Assembly (NCBI GenBank): GCA_024231955.1
Contig: JAAEPZ010000591.1
Span: 98,453 to 162,452 of the forward strand
Direction: 5' to 3'
DNA: 64,000 bases
From: a bacterium
Lineage (GTDB): Bacteria; Krumholzibacteriota; Krumholzibacteriia; JACNKJ01
The position numbers were made by a program, and so were the translations under genes. Under the pieces are notes generated by a model that did no database searches, was not told the DNA's origin, and saw only the letters and a list, made by a program, of their open reading frames with translations. This document shows positions 39,588-48,776 of this stretch, piece by piece (the stretch's first letter is position 1; every line of letters starts with the position of its first letter).

Positions 39588-40748
39588 GTGAAACCGACAC
39601 AAACGCCAGCACAGCAGCCCACCGATGATCTTGTGGACCGGATACCGGCGGGGATATACCAGGCCGACGAGCAGGGCTTCGTTTCCTATTGCAATCCCCG
39701 AGCGGCCTTGATATTGGGCTACAATCACCCGCGTGAACTGATCGGAAAGAAACTCAAGAGCTTATATGTGGATCCCAGTGACCGTGACAAATTGCTCGGC
39801 ATCATGGAGGTCGCCAAAGAGAAGGGATCGGAGAATTTCCGCATCAGGATGAAGAAGCCGTCGGGCGATGTCGTCGTGATCAGCGTCAATTCTCAGTACA
39901 GAGACTCGGGTGGAGCGGTCGAGGGCACATTTACCGATGTCACTGAACTGGCCAATTATGAAAGTCTGTTCGAGGATCTGCCGGCCGGCGTCTACCAGCT
40001 TGATGATGAACTGAACATCATCAAGTGTAATCCCGGATTCGAAAAGGTGTTCGGATATGAACCGGGGACACTCACCGGAGAGCCCGCCTCCAAGCTCTAT
40101 CTGGATGTTAACGATATGTACAGATTGAACGATGAACTCAAGGGGCGACTGGGATCCGGGCAGCAGGAGATCAGATCCCGGGTGATCGAGATGAAAAAAG
40201 AGAATGGGGACAGTGTCTGGATCTCATTGACGACCCATCTCAGACTGGATGGTAACGGGCAGGTGGTCGGCAGAGAGGGGACAGTCATTGAGACCACGCT
40301 GGAGGAGGCCAAAAAGAGGAAACAGATCTGTGGACATTGCTACGTTGCCGTGCCGTATCGACAGGAATTTCATGCGATCCATGACAAGATACTCAAACCG
40401 CTGGCTGCACAACACAAGTATATGGCTCAGAAAGCCGATTCCAAGATGGTTTTCACGGAATCCATGCGGACTAAAATGTACGGCATGATCCGCAACGCCG
40501 ACTTTGTGATCGGGGATATGACCGGCGACAATCCCAATGTGATGTACGAACTGGGGCTGGCGCACGCATTCGGCAAACCGGTGATTATGATCTCTCAGGA
40601 TAATGAAATCCCGGTCAACGTCAGGGAATATGAATTCATACACTACCAGGATACTCTTGCTGGTCTGGACCTGTTCAAGAAGAACCTGTCCCGGGCTATA
40701 CTGCATGTACATGAAGAGTTGATGGCGCAGGAGGCGAAGCGGGAGTGA
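39588..40748 (+). CDS. Tandem-PAS protein fused to a nucleoside 2-deoxyribosyltransferase-like / TIR-like Rossmann domain
   Basis: 386 aa, GTG start with CAGGAG RBS. Two PAS blocks (IPAGIYQADEQGFVSYCNPRAALILGY..., LPAGVYQLDDELNIIKCNPGFEKVFGY...). C-terminal ADFVIGDMTGDNPNVMYELGLAHAFGKPVIMI matches the NDT-like DxxG...E.G.A.A.GKPV signature. Confidence 0.65.
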   Translation: MKPTQTPAQQPTDDLVDRIPAGIYQADEQGFVSYCNPRAALILGYNHPRELIGKKLKSLYVDPSDRDKLLGIMEVAKEKGSENFRIRMKKPSGDVVVISVNSQYRDSGGAVEGTFTDVTELANYESLFEDLPAGVYQLDDELNIIKCNPGFEKVFGYEPGTLTGEPASKLYLDVNDMYRLNDELKGRLGSGQQEIRSRVIEMKKENGDSVWISLTTHLRLDGNGQVVGREGTVIETTLEEAKKRKQICGHCYVAVPYRQEFHAIHDKILKPLAAQHKYMAQKADSKMVFTESMRTKMYGMIRNADFVIGDMTGDNPNVMYELGLAHAFGKPVIMISQDNEIPVNVREYEFIHYQDTLAGLDLFKKNLSRAILHVHEELMAQEAKRE

Positions 40749-40803
40749 ACCCGAAGGCTCATCCGTTAGGTGGATCGCAATCGCATTCAACGGGAGCCGT
40801 ATT

Positions 40804-41190
40804 TTGGTGAATTCGGATAATTCACCTGTTGCCTTGCGAGTGATCTCCCCCGAAAGGTTGGTCCGGGACATGCGGAAGATACTCGTCGAAACCGAGCGGC
40901 TGCTGATCAGACGTCCCGAAGAGGGGGGTCGCCGCTGCTATGAGCGGCTCTTCTGCGACCCGGTCATGATGCGCCATCTCGGAAGCGTCTGGCCCTCCGA
41001 GCAGGTTCAGGAGGCGCTCGCCGAGTGGCGCGAGGTCTGGGGCAGCGACAACCGCTGGTACGGTACCCTCCTGCTGAAGGACACGCTGGAGCCGATCGGC
41101 GCTGCCGGGATACGAAACTCAGGTCCTGTGGGAGATGACCTCGGAGCAAAGTCAGCGGGGGCAGAACCGCGTTGTGAGGTCATCAGATGA
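40804..41190 (+). pseudogene. Truncated GNAT (RimJ/RimL-like) acetyltransferase fragment
   Basis: N-terminal LVETERLLIRRPEE and following block match the N-terminal half of ribosomal-protein-alanine acetyltransferases. The ORF ends after about 128 aa, short of the acetyl-CoA binding motifs, and runs into a low-GC non-coding stretch. Confidence 0.4.
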
Positions 41191-41519
41191 GAATGGAGAG
41201 ATAGAGAACTCATCCCAGCGGTGAACTTGTGGACTGTCTAACCTGATCGGCAACACACCTCTTCTCGCTATCCAATTTCTACTCAGTTCCCGGTGCGCGA
41301 GGTCTTTATGGGCAAAGATCCTCGGCACATTTAACTGATAACGAATTTTGCTCGAACTCGAACGGCTATAGCGGCCTATAGAGCTACTGACACACGTAAC
41401 CAAATCCCATATTGGGCCCGATTTGAGAATCCACAATCATTGGAGCAGAATCAACTAGCCATACTGCGCATGAAAATCGTAGACATAGTAGATTCGCCTA
41501 TATGGATTGAGAGGTTCTT

Positions 41520-42068
41520 ATGTCCAGGAGAATGATTGCCTGTGCCGCTCTGGCCGCCATCGGCATCGCGTTCGGTTGTGTCTCCCTGCTCGTATATCTG
41601 TCCAATGGTCATCCCCGACTCATCGCCCGCAAACTCAAATTGGGCGCAATCATCCTGTCGCTGACGGCCATGCTCGGCACCGCCTGCACCACGCCATCCC
41701 GGGTCACATGCTACATGCCTGCACCGCCGGATAGAGTTGCCGTCGATCCGGATGCCTTCGTCGACAACGTGATCTGGCTCGTTCTGGCGGAGAGCAATGA
41801 GATCGCGGGGACGATTCTGGATCGCGACTCGAGCGAGTTCTCCTTTTGCTTGATCGATGCTGAGGTGTCGGTGATTCAGGAGGGGGAGCTTGCGGCGCAA
41901 GATGGAGCAATGGACGAAGCGGAGGAGGAGTTCACGATCGTTATCGATCCCGGTACGCCGGTGGGTGGTTATGCCCTCCGTTTCTACTCCGTCCCAATGG
42001 CTGAAATCGTCATTGGCAATTACATCGCGGAGTTCCCGGTCGAGATCCGTGAGACGTCCGGAAGATGA
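41520..42068 (+). CDS. Hypothetical membrane-anchored protein, translationally coupled to the downstream radical SAM gene
   Basis: 182 aa. Two N-terminal hydrophobic helices and an acidic C-terminal half. ATGA overlap with the rSAM gene start. Confidence 0.5.
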   Translation: MSRRMIACAALAAIGIAFGCVSLLVYLSNGHPRLIARKLKLGAIILSLTAMLGTACTTPSRVTCYMPAPPDRVAVDPDAFVDNVIWLVLAESNEIAGTILDRDSSEFSFCLIDAEVSVIQEGELAAQDGAMDEAEEEFTIVIDPGTPVGGYALRFYSVPMAEIVIGNYIAEFPVEIRETSGR

Positions 42069-43108
42069 GCGTCAAAACCCGGCTTCCGGCGATCACCCTG
42101 GAACTGACCGGCGCGTGCAATCTTGCCTGCAGCTATTGCTACAATCACTGGCGTGTACCGGGGCAGGAGCTCCCGGACGGTCGAACTCCCGACTACGGGC
42201 AGGTGAGACGCACGGTCAAAGCCCTGTATCGGCAGGTCGATGTGCGGCAGATCGCAATGACGGGTGGCGAGCCCTTTCTCTTCGAACGTTTGCCGGAGAT
42301 CGCCTTGACCTGCAGGCTCAAGGGCTCCGCCGTGGCGGTGATCAGCAACGGCAGCATCGCCGACAGAGGGCGTTACGACGAATTGATCCGCATCGGCATC
42401 GACCTCTTTGAGTTCCCGATACACTCCGCCACCTCAGCGATTCACGATTCCCTGACGAATACCCCCGGCTCCTGGAGCAAGGCCCGCGAATCCCTGGAAC
42501 AGGTGATCGAGCTGGGTGCGCGCGGGGTGGCTGTGATCGTCCTCACGCGGCGGAATGTCGTCGGGTTGGGGGACACACTTCGCCTGTGTCGCGAATTGGG
42601 CGTGGATTCAGTCATGCTCAATCGTTTCAACATCGGAGGACGCGGCATCGCCGAAGCGCACAGGCTGCAGCCGGATGCCGCGCAACTGCACCAGTCTCTC
42701 CGTGTGGCCGATACCGCCGTCACGGAGCTCGGCCTGAAGATCAGTTCGAATGTCTGCACTCCCCATTGCCTTGTCGATCCGCATGACTATCCCCGCCTGG
42801 GTTTTTCGAACTGCGAAGTCGATGTGCGGCAAAGACCGCTGACCCTGAACTGGCGGGGCGACCTGCGCTTCTGCAACCATTCGCCTGTGATCATGGGCAA
42901 TATCCACCGGCAATCCCTGAACGAGATATTCGCCTCCGATTACGCCACGCTCTGGCGGCAGGCTCGCCCGGTATTTTGCGCGGACTGTCACCGCTTCGAA
43001 CGCTGCGCCGGCGGTTGCCGCGCTGCCGCCGAGCAACTGGGGGGGACGCCGGCCGACCCGGATCCGGTTCTGGAGATGTCGGGTACGAAAGCACCAGGAT
43101 CGGCGTAA
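42065..43108 (+). CDS. Radical SAM enzyme with C-terminal SPASM/twitch domain (anSME/peptide-maturase family)
   Basis: 347 aa. CNLACSYC (Cx3Cx2C) near the N-terminus. C-terminal CTPHC...C...CADCHRFERCAGGC auxiliary-cluster motifs. Confidence 0.8.
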   Translation: MSVKTRLPAITLELTGACNLACSYCYNHWRVPGQELPDGRTPDYGQVRRTVKALYRQVDVRQIAMTGGEPFLFERLPEIALTCRLKGSAVAVISNGSIADRGRYDELIRIGIDLFEFPIHSATSAIHDSLTNTPGSWSKARESLEQVIELGARGVAVIVLTRRNVVGLGDTLRLCRELGVDSVMLNRFNIGGRGIAEAHRLQPDAAQLHQSLRVADTAVTELGLKISSNVCTPHCLVDPHDYPRLGFSNCEVDVRQRPLTLNWRGDLRFCNHSPVIMGNIHRQSLNEIFASDYATLWRQARPVFCADCHRFERCAGGCRAAAEQLGGTPADPDPVLEMSGTKAPGSA

Positions 43109-43424
43109 GAACGGGGTGGCATGATCATCATCGACTGTGGCATTGCGTTTGCCTGGCCCGAGTACCTTGTGGTTGAGCCTGATCCGTACTTCCCCCCGAT
43201 CGGGTTCAACTTTTGCCGTAAACTCCGTATCGATGAACGGTCATCAGGATGGATCGGACAGATCCTGCCCGGCGTGTGTTCTCGATTTTCTGTCGCTGGT
43301 TGAATCCGTGTTCGAGAAAGCGCTTCGGCAACAGATCGCCGCAAAATGTATCCTCTGAATGGACAACCGGGGAGCACTCCTCTATTGTCCGCTCAATGTT
43401 CGCCATGGTCTTTGACAAACCGGG

Positions 43425-44930
43425 ATGCCGCGCATGATGTCGAAATTTGAAGATATCGAGTATGCAGATCTGCCGACGCAGCCGCAGCCGGATATCGGGA
43501 CGGTTCTGGTCGCGGGGGCCACCGGCTATATCGGGGGACGACTGCTGCCCGCCCTGGTTATGAGGGGCTACAGAGTGCGCGCAATGGTCAGAGCCGGATC
43601 GCTCTCACCAGGAAGCCTGTCGTCTGAGGTGGAGGTCGTGGTGGCCGATGCTCTGGATGCCGAGCAGGTTTACGAGGCTCTGGAGGGTGTCCATACGGCC
43701 TATTATCTGATCCATTCAATGTTGTATGGACTCGACAAATTCGAAAACGTCGATATTCAGGCGGCCATCAATTTCCGTCGGGCAGCAGAGGCCAGGGGGG
43801 TGAAACGGATCATCTATCTCGGTGGGCTGGGTGATATCCGCACCTCTCTCCCTTCGCATCTCTGCAGCCGCAGGCAAGTCGGCAACCAATTCAGTGAGAG
43901 CAGCGTGCCGACGACAATCCTCCGTGCGGCGATAATAATCGGGTCGGGCAGTGCATCTTACGAAATGATCAACCACCTTGTACGGCGCTTGCCCATCCTC
44001 CTGACTCCGAAGTGGATCAAGACCCGCTGCCAGCCGATAGCGATAAGGGATGTTCTCAAATATCTGATCGGCGTTCTTGAGCATCCCGAGACAATCGGCC
44101 GAACGTTCGATATCGGCGGCGATGATGTCCTGACCTATAGGGAGATCCTGGCGACACATTCCGCTCTGCTAGGCAGAAAACAGCTGCTCATCCGCTCGCC
44201 TGCGGTACCCATAGGTTTCTACTCATACATTGCCAGCTTGTTGACACCGGTTCCGGCCTCCATCTCCAGATGCTTGATGGACAGTATGACCCATGATGTC
44301 GTCTGCCAGGAGCGGGACATCGTGAAGCTGATCCCCTTCCGTCGTCTCGCCTACAAGGAGGCGCTGGTGCTGGCGATCTCACGGGTGGAGCAGGATGCCG
44401 TCCGCACCCGCTGGTCGGACAATTACCCGCCGGATCATGAACTGGCTATCAAACTGCATGAACTGGAGTCGGATCCGAACTACCGAAGTTCCCATTCGCT
44501 TGTATCGCGCAAATCACCGGCGGCGCTCTTCCGATCCGTCATCAAGATCGGAGGCAGAGAGGGGTGGTTCCACAGCAATGCTCTCTGGCGCATCCGGGGC
44601 GCATTCGATCGAATGTTGCTGGGTGTCGGCACTGCGCGCGGGCGGCGGAGCGAATCGACTCTGCGCAGGAACGATGTGATAGATTTCTGGCGCGTCGAAA
44701 CGATTGAGGAGAACAGCCTGTTGCTGCTTCGGGCCGAGATGAGGCTACCCGGGCTAGCGTGGTTGGAGTTTCGGATCGATCCCGCGGGGGAGGGGGAGAA
44801 TCGGCTGACGGTCACGGCCTACTACCAGTCACGCGGACTTTGGGGGCGCATTTACTGGTATATCTTCATGCCGTTTCACCAATTCATCTTCCAGGATCTC
44901 ATCATGGAGATTGAGAAGCGCAGTTGCTGA
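43425..44930 (+). CDS. NAD(P)H-binding NmrA/SDR-like protein with C-terminal DUF2867-like domain
   Basis: 501 aa. Rossmann motif VLVAGATGYIGGRL near the N-terminus. The long C-terminal extension is the kind that accompanies NmrA-like domains. Confidence 0.7.
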   Translation: MPRMMSKFEDIEYADLPTQPQPDIGTVLVAGATGYIGGRLLPALVMRGYRVRAMVRAGSLSPGSLSSEVEVVVADALDAEQVYEALEGVHTAYYLIHSMLYGLDKFENVDIQAAINFRRAAEARGVKRIIYLGGLGDIRTSLPSHLCSRRQVGNQFSESSVPTTILRAAIIIGSGSASYEMINHLVRRLPILLTPKWIKTRCQPIAIRDVLKYLIGVLEHPETIGRTFDIGGDDVLTYREILATHSALLGRKQLLIRSPAVPIGFYSYIASLLTPVPASISRCLMDSMTHDVVCQERDIVKLIPFRRLAYKEALVLAISRVEQDAVRTRWSDNYPPDHELAIKLHELESDPNYRSSHSLVSRKSPAALFRSVIKIGGREGWFHSNALWRIRGAFDRMLLGVGTARGRRSESTLRRNDVIDFWRVETIEENSLLLLRAEMRLPGLAWLEFRIDPAGEGENRLTVTAYYQSRGLWGRIYWYIFMPFHQFIFQDLIMEIEKRSC

Positions 44931-45090
44931 ACAAACTCGATTCCTCCCGTGTTTCTCTCCTCAATTCGATCTTTGTGTCGTGCGGAACCCGATCTGCCTG
45001 GTGCTCGGCAGCGACCTCGTCGCGACATCGCCATACATAAACAACCCCGACTCGAAAGCCGGGGTTGGGGAGATCCGTGCAAAAGAGAGA

Positions 45091-46701
45091 TCAGTACATC
45101 GCCTTGATGGCGCTCCAACTCTTCGTCTCTGTACTGGTCTCGTTGCAGTTGGTGCTCCGTGCTCCGATGAGCAATCCGCAGGTTGAGTTGGTCTGGGCGC
45201 AGGGGGAATCGCTCTGTAGATAGACGTTGCCGTCTACGGCGTTCGTGCCGCAGAACTGCGGATCGGATGAGAAGTTGTTGCTTATGGTCGCCTGATCCTC
45301 GATTCCGCCCGCCCAGTTTCCGCCGCTGTTGTTCCAGATATCCGAACACGTGAATGTGATCTGGGAATCGCCGTCCTGGTAAACAGCGCCGTTTTGCCAG
45401 GTATACGCCACGATACAGCACACTAGGTTGAGCGATGCCGTGTGGTAGGTGCAGATCGATCCTCCGTCCTGCGCCGCGGTGTTGTAGGTGAAGGTGCAAT
45501 TCGCCAGAGTAGCCGTCGAGGTCCACTCGCTGTAGAAACCGCCGCCCCAGCCCGCTACGTTGTTGTGGAAGACGCAATTCTCGAACCTCGGATTCTGGTT
45601 GCTCCAGTTCGCCACCGCTCCCCCCTCGAAGGGGCAGTTGTTCCGCAGAAAGAGGCAACCGGTGACATCCGCATCGGCATCCACGTCGATGCCGAGTCCC
45701 GCGCCGCCTATCCAATCGATCCCCGTGGGTGTGAGGTTGTCGCGGAACTCGCAATTGGTGATGGTCGTGGTGCCGGTGCCGTCGCAGTAAACGCCGCCGC
45801 CGTAGTTGGAGATGTTGTTCAGGAAGTCGACACCGCTGAGAGTGGGGGAGGAGCTGTCCCAGATGTACACGCCGCCACCCAGTCCGTACTCGCCGAGCTG
45901 CGCCTCGTTGGCCGAGAACGTGCCCCCCGTAACGTTGGGGGAGGCGCCGTTGAGGCAGTACATCCCGCCGCCGAAACGGGCGATGTTCTGCCCGAAATTG
46001 CAGTTCGTGATATTTGGGTTCGATCCGTCGCAGACAAGTCCGCCGCCGGAACTGCCGGTGGTGTTGCCCGTGAAGGTCACATTGGTCAGTGCGGAGAGGC
46101 AGTCTTTGAAGACCAGCCCGCCGCCGTCCGTGACCGCGGAGTTGCCCGTGAACGTACACAGGTCGAAGCTCACCTCGCAGGCGTCTATATAGCAGCCGCC
46201 CCCCTGACCCTGATCGTCCGCCAGTTCCGACGTCGCCGAGTTGTTCGTGAAGATGCAACCTGTGAAATTGACGGAGCTGGTGGGCATCGTATAGACGGCG
46301 CCCCCTTTGTTGAAGGCCGAGTTGTCTTCGAAATGGCAGTTGGTGACCTGGAGGTTCCCGTCGACGAACAGGGCGCCGCCGAACGAGGTGTCGCCCCCGA
46401 TCAGGTGCAGGTTGTCCAGGTATCCCGAGCTGCCGGACTCATCGAAGATGATGGCGCGGCCTAGCCCCCGGGCATCGATCGTCACGTTGTCCGTGCCGCC
46501 CGGTGCGCCATTGAGGTGAACGCCCGGCGGCAGGGCCAGATTGTATTCGTTGTAGGTTCCCGAGGCGAGCAGAACGGTGTCGCCGTAGCTGGCTGCGGCC
46601 AGCCCCGCCGCCGTCGTCGGCTGTTCTGAGGGGACATGGATCGTGGTTGCGCAGGCGGTGGTGGCCAGCAGCATCAGACTGACGAGAATTCCTGTCTTCA
46701 T
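45091..46701 (-). CDS. Secreted right-handed parallel beta-helix repeat protein (paralog A)
   Basis: Start at ATG 46701 (MKTGILVSLMLLATTACA signal) with GGGAGG RBS. Numerous G-rich beta-helix repeats (GGG.Y / N.F..N). C-terminal tail CGLLIGARSTNCNETSTETKSWSAIKAMY is shared with the paralog. Confidence 0.7.
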   Translation of the reverse strand: MKTGILVSLMLLATTACATTIHVPSEQPTTAAGLAAASYGDTVLLASGTYNEYNLALPPGVHLNGAPGGTDNVTIDARGLGRAIIFDESGSSGYLDNLHLIGGDTSFGGALFVDGNLQVTNCHFEDNSAFNKGGAVYTMPTSSVNFTGCIFTNNSATSELADDQGQGGGCYIDACEVSFDLCTFTGNSAVTDGGGLVFKDCLSALTNVTFTGNTTGSSGGGLVCDGSNPNITNCNFGQNIARFGGGMYCLNGASPNVTGGTFSANEAQLGEYGLGGGVYIWDSSSPTLSGVDFLNNISNYGGGVYCDGTGTTTITNCEFRDNLTPTGIDWIGGAGLGIDVDADADVTGCLFLRNNCPFEGGAVANWSNQNPRFENCVFHNNVAGWGGGFYSEWTSTATLANCTFTYNTAAQDGGSICTYHTASLNLVCCIVAYTWQNGAVYQDGDSQITFTCSDIWNNSGGNWAGGIEDQATISNNFSSDPQFCGTNAVDGNVYLQSDSPCAQTNSTCGLLIGARSTNCNETSTETKSWSAIKAMY

Positions 46702-46858
46702 CTCGACTTCCTCCCGGTGGGTGTATATCACAAATGTAGCATGTTTGGCTTGTGCAGGGGAAGGGGGGGAGTCTGTAACCACAGTTTATCTGGGATATCG
46801 ATAAAGAAAGAGAGGGTGTCCGAGCCCCCCTCTCTCAATGCGTGATATCGAATTCGGA

Positions 46859-48550
46859 TCAGTACATCGCCTTGACCGCACTCCAGCTTGTCGCCTCGGT
46901 GCTGGTCTCATTACAATTGATGCCCAATGCGCCGACTATCTGACTGCATCCGGCCACAGCCGCCGTGCAGGGCGAGTCGCTCTGCAAATAGAAATTGGTC
47001 GTGCCGGCAACGCCGCAGAACTGGGGGTTCGCGGAGAAGTTGTCGTCGGTTGTCGCCTGTGATTCGATTCCGTCGACCCAATCGCCGCCCGCATTGTTCC
47101 AGAGGTCGCAGCAGACCAGATTGATCGTCGAATCCGATTCCCGATGGACCGCGCTGCCGGCTCCGCTGTCGCAGATGATGCTCCGATTCAGGTCGACGGC
47201 GGCCCCGGTCCAGACGCTGATGCCGGCGCCGTCGGCGGCGTCCGTCACCTCGTTGCGCACCATCGTGCAACTGGTGAAGACTGCGGTGGAGTTGTTCTCA
47301 CCGTAATACGCCCCACCCCATCTCCCCGTGTTGTCATGGAAAATGCAGCTGGTGAATTCGGGGGTGCCGGTGCTCCAGTTGCCGATCGCTCCACCCATAT
47401 AGGTGGTGGAGTTGCTCTTGAAGGTGCAGGCGGTCGCCGTTAAATGTGCCGTACCCATGATGCAGGCGGCGCCGCCGCCCTGCGCTGTCTCGGAGCTTGC
47501 CGACTGGTTGCTTTCGAAACGGCAGTTGTCGAAGTGCGGTGTGCTCCCTGCGTTGCTGCAGACGGCGCCGCCCCAGACTGCCTGATTGGTGATGAAACGG
47601 ACATCCTCGACCGTAGCGGAGGCCGTATCCTCCAGATAGAGTCCACCTCCGTAGCCGTAGCTGCCCGCAGCGGCCGTGTTGCTCGACCAGGTGCCGCCGG
47701 TGATCGTCGGGGCGCTGCTGCCCCCGCCACTGTGTTCAACGGACATCGCCCCGCCCCAGTCGGCCGTGTTGAGCGCAAAGCCGCAATCGGTGATGGTCGG
47801 GCTGGAGTTGTAGCACATCAACCCGCCGCCGCCGTCGTTGGCGGCGTTGCCTGTGAAGTTGGTATGGTCCAATGTGGAGACCACCGCATCCAGAAGATAG
47901 ACTCCGCCGCCGCTGTAGACCGCATTATTGTCCGAGAATGTACAGAGTGACAGACCGAGGTTGACGGCCTCGGCATAGATGCCGCCGCCGTTGGTGTTCG
48001 TGGTGTTGCCGGTGAATGAGCAGCCATTGAAAACGGGGGAACCACCCGTTGCGATATAAACCCCGCCACCGGACCAGCCATTGTTCTCCGTGAACTCGCA
48101 GCCGGTGAAGGTCGGGTCGGCCGACGAGTCAAGAGCCAACCCGCCGCCGTGAGTCGACGCCTGATTGCCGATGAGGACACACAGCGAGACCTCGATGGGG
48201 GAGTTGGTCAGGTACATGCCCCCCCCTTCTGAGGTGGAGCCGCCGGTCAGAGTCAGGCCGAGGATACTTGTGGAACCGGCCAGGTCGCTGCCATGGATGC
48301 ACCTGCCTTGACCGTTGGCGTCGATGGTTACATCCTGTGCGTCACCGGTGGCGCTCCGGAGGCAAACGCCCGACTTCATCTCCAGATCGTGTTCGGTGTA
48401 ATTGCCGGTGGAGATGCTGACCGTATCGCCACTGACGGCGACTGTCAGCGCCGCCGCGATTGTCGGTTGCTCATCCGGCACATTGATCGTGGCTGCGCTG
48501 CCGACGGAGGCCAGCAGAAGTACGAGACCGCAGAATATCATACTCTTCAT
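46859..48550 (-). CDS. Secreted right-handed parallel beta-helix repeat protein (paralog B)
   Basis: 563 aa. Signal MKSMIFCGLVLLLASVGSA, AAGGAAGG RBS. Same repeat architecture and C-terminal CSQIVGALGINCNETSTEATSWSAVKAMY tail. Confidence 0.7.
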   Translation of the reverse strand: MKSMIFCGLVLLLASVGSAATINVPDEQPTIAAALTVAVSGDTVSISTGNYTEHDLEMKSGVCLRSATGDAQDVTIDANGQGRCIHGSDLAGSTSILGLTLTGGSTSEGGGMYLTNSPIEVSLCVLIGNQASTHGGGLALDSSADPTFTGCEFTENNGWSGGGVYIATGGSPVFNGCSFTGNTTNTNGGGIYAEAVNLGLSLCTFSDNNAVYSGGGVYLLDAVVSTLDHTNFTGNAANDGGGGLMCYNSSPTITDCGFALNTADWGGAMSVEHSGGGSSAPTITGGTWSSNTAAAGSYGYGGGLYLEDTASATVEDVRFITNQAVWGGAVCSNAGSTPHFDNCRFESNQSASSETAQGGGAACIMGTAHLTATACTFKSNSTTYMGGAIGNWSTGTPEFTSCIFHDNTGRWGGAYYGENNSTAVFTSCTMVRNEVTDAADGAGISVWTGAAVDLNRSIICDSGAGSAVHRESDSTINLVCCDLWNNAGGDWVDGIESQATTDDNFSANPQFCGVAGTTNFYLQSDSPCTAAVAGCSQIVGALGINCNETSTEATSWSAVKAMY

Positions 48551-48776
48551 GACAACCTTCCTTTTGTTCAGGCTTCAACCCGCTTGTTACATTAGCAAAA
48601 TGTTCCGAAATAGGGGAATAAATATCTTCCGGGGCCGTGACTTGGCGTCCGCTTTAAAAATGGGGTGATTTTCGCCGGGTTTATTCATTATCTTGTCCGC
48701 GGTCCGGCGCAGACGCCGGACGTGGCCCCTCCGCGGTAAGGATGGGTCTGTAAGCATACGCCGGAGAGTAGATTTC

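Noticed and set aside
43121-43303. Calling the 60-aa ORF downstream of the rSAM gene a definite RiPP precursor.
   Set aside because: It has only three Cys, no obvious leader/core architecture, and a poorly spaced RBS. It is kept only as a hypothesis inside the rSAM finding.
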